Shown here: piece by piece, positions 35,786 to 36,606 of the stretch
Layout of the letters: every line of letters starts with the position of its first letter
Position numbering within the stretch: the stretch's first letter is position 1
Virus record (IMG/VR): IMGVR_UViG_3300020161_000625
Span: 1 to 36,606 of that record
Length of the DNA stretch: 36,606 nucleotides
Reading direction: 5' to 3' (one strand)
Source of the DNA: a virus
Lineage: Duplodnaviria; Caudoviricetes
Program-made: the position numbers and the translations under genes
The notes under the pieces: generated by a model
What the model was told of the DNA's origin: nothing
Databases searched by the model: none
Seen by the model: the letters and a program-made list of their open reading frames with translations, nothing else

Positions 35786-36136
35786 ATGGCTGGCATTCAG
35801 TCCATCCATGAGTCCATCCCTGATGACCTGCTCAAGCCTATGCTTGAGGAGTTTCGGACGGGATGGAGCCTCCGTAAGGCTCAGGCCGAAGCCACCAAGA
35901 AGGCTCTGGGTCAACTGAATCAACTTCAACACCGCCATGTTGATGGTCTTGGCCAAATGACTGCACGTATCCCAGAGGAGTCCTACCATTACTGGGGACA
36001 GAGACTGGGATACGCTTGCTGGCGGGACAACGGTTTCATGAAGAATTTCCTTCGTGACAACCCAGAGTGCAGGGTGAACTCCAAAGCGGAGAAAACCACC
36101 CTCCTCGTCGACGGCTTTGGCCGTTCCCTTTCTTAA
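35786..36136 (+). CDS. Conserved post-capsid hypothetical protein (116 aa)
   Basis: ARIP...Y..W......W.D..F.K.FLRDNPE pattern. Confidence 0.7.
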   Translation: MAGIQSIHESIPDDLLKPMLEEFRTGWSLRKAQAEATKKALGQLNQLQHRHVDGLGQMTARIPEESYHYWGQRLGYACWRDNGFMKNFLRDNPECRVNSKAEKTTLLVDGFGRSLS

Positions 36137-36606
36137 TGCGTTCCGTCAATTTCAGCGATGTCCTGCATGCCAGCCTGCAAATCTGCGGTCTGGACAGGAA
36201 CCTGACCACCCCCGAGAGGTTCGCCATGGTCCGAGACCTTGCTTCCATGCGTCTTAGGACCATCTGGGAGACTAATGAGTGGACCGACCTCAAAACCCTG
36301 ACCTTCTGCCCTGTCGTTTTGACCGACGAAAGGCGTGTCGTGACCTTCGACCCCACCATTGGGCAGGTCCTGACCATCTGGGATAAGGACCCGATGTCCA
36401 AAACGGCCACCCAAAAGGACTTCGACCTCGTCGGAGACGTCATCAACCTTCGTGACAGGACTATCAGCAACGTCTGGGTGGAGAGCCGCAAGGAATCCCC
36501 TAGGCTTTATGGCGATGCTTGGAGCACCAGCACCTCTTACAGGCCCAACGCTCAGGTTTACTACGACGCTGGGAGCGAAAGCGGCTCCCTGACCCCCGTC
36601 GCTGGC
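36136..36606 (+). CDS. Probable head-tail adaptor/tail protein (3'-truncated), not in the ORF track
   Basis: TAATG coupling; MRSVNFSDVLHASLQICGLDR...IWETNEW is open to the window edge; function inferred from position. Confidence 0.55.
   Translation, partial: MRSVNFSDVLHASLQICGLDRNLTTPERFAMVRDLASMRLRTIWETNEWTDLKTLTFCPVVLTDERRVVTFDPTIGQVLTIWDKDPMSKTATQKDFDLVGDVINLRDRTISNVWVESRKESPRLYGDAWSTSTSYRPNAQVYYDAGSESGSLTPVAG

Overview
A 36.6-kb segment of a tailed dsDNA phage genome, probably podovirus-like, read in the standard code. The + strand opens with the 3' part of a giant (>5,300 aa) virion protein with metallopeptidase motifs, then a holin and a lipoprotein with spanin-like topology. A - strand early region (about 17.0-23.5 kb) starts at a promoter/boxA and an array of small RNAs: a D-stem-less tRNA-Ala/tmRNA-like RNA, two tRNA-Ala genes and four further structured RNAs. 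It continues through a histone-fold protein, a RecE-type exonuclease, a lambda-O-like initiator with internal iterons, a DnaC-like loader, an ERF recombinase, RHH regulators and tRNA-Arg(CCU). A lysozyme-like enzyme, a PD-(D/E)XK nuclease and an HTH protein precede the + strand late module: RusA, basic proteins, TerL, portal, scaffold, major capsid protein and a probable adaptor. The most unusual features are the alanine-themed RNA array, the phage histone, and near-complete avoidance of GATC, AGCT, CCGG, GCGC and CGCG. All calls come from motif recognition and folding by eye; no searches were run.
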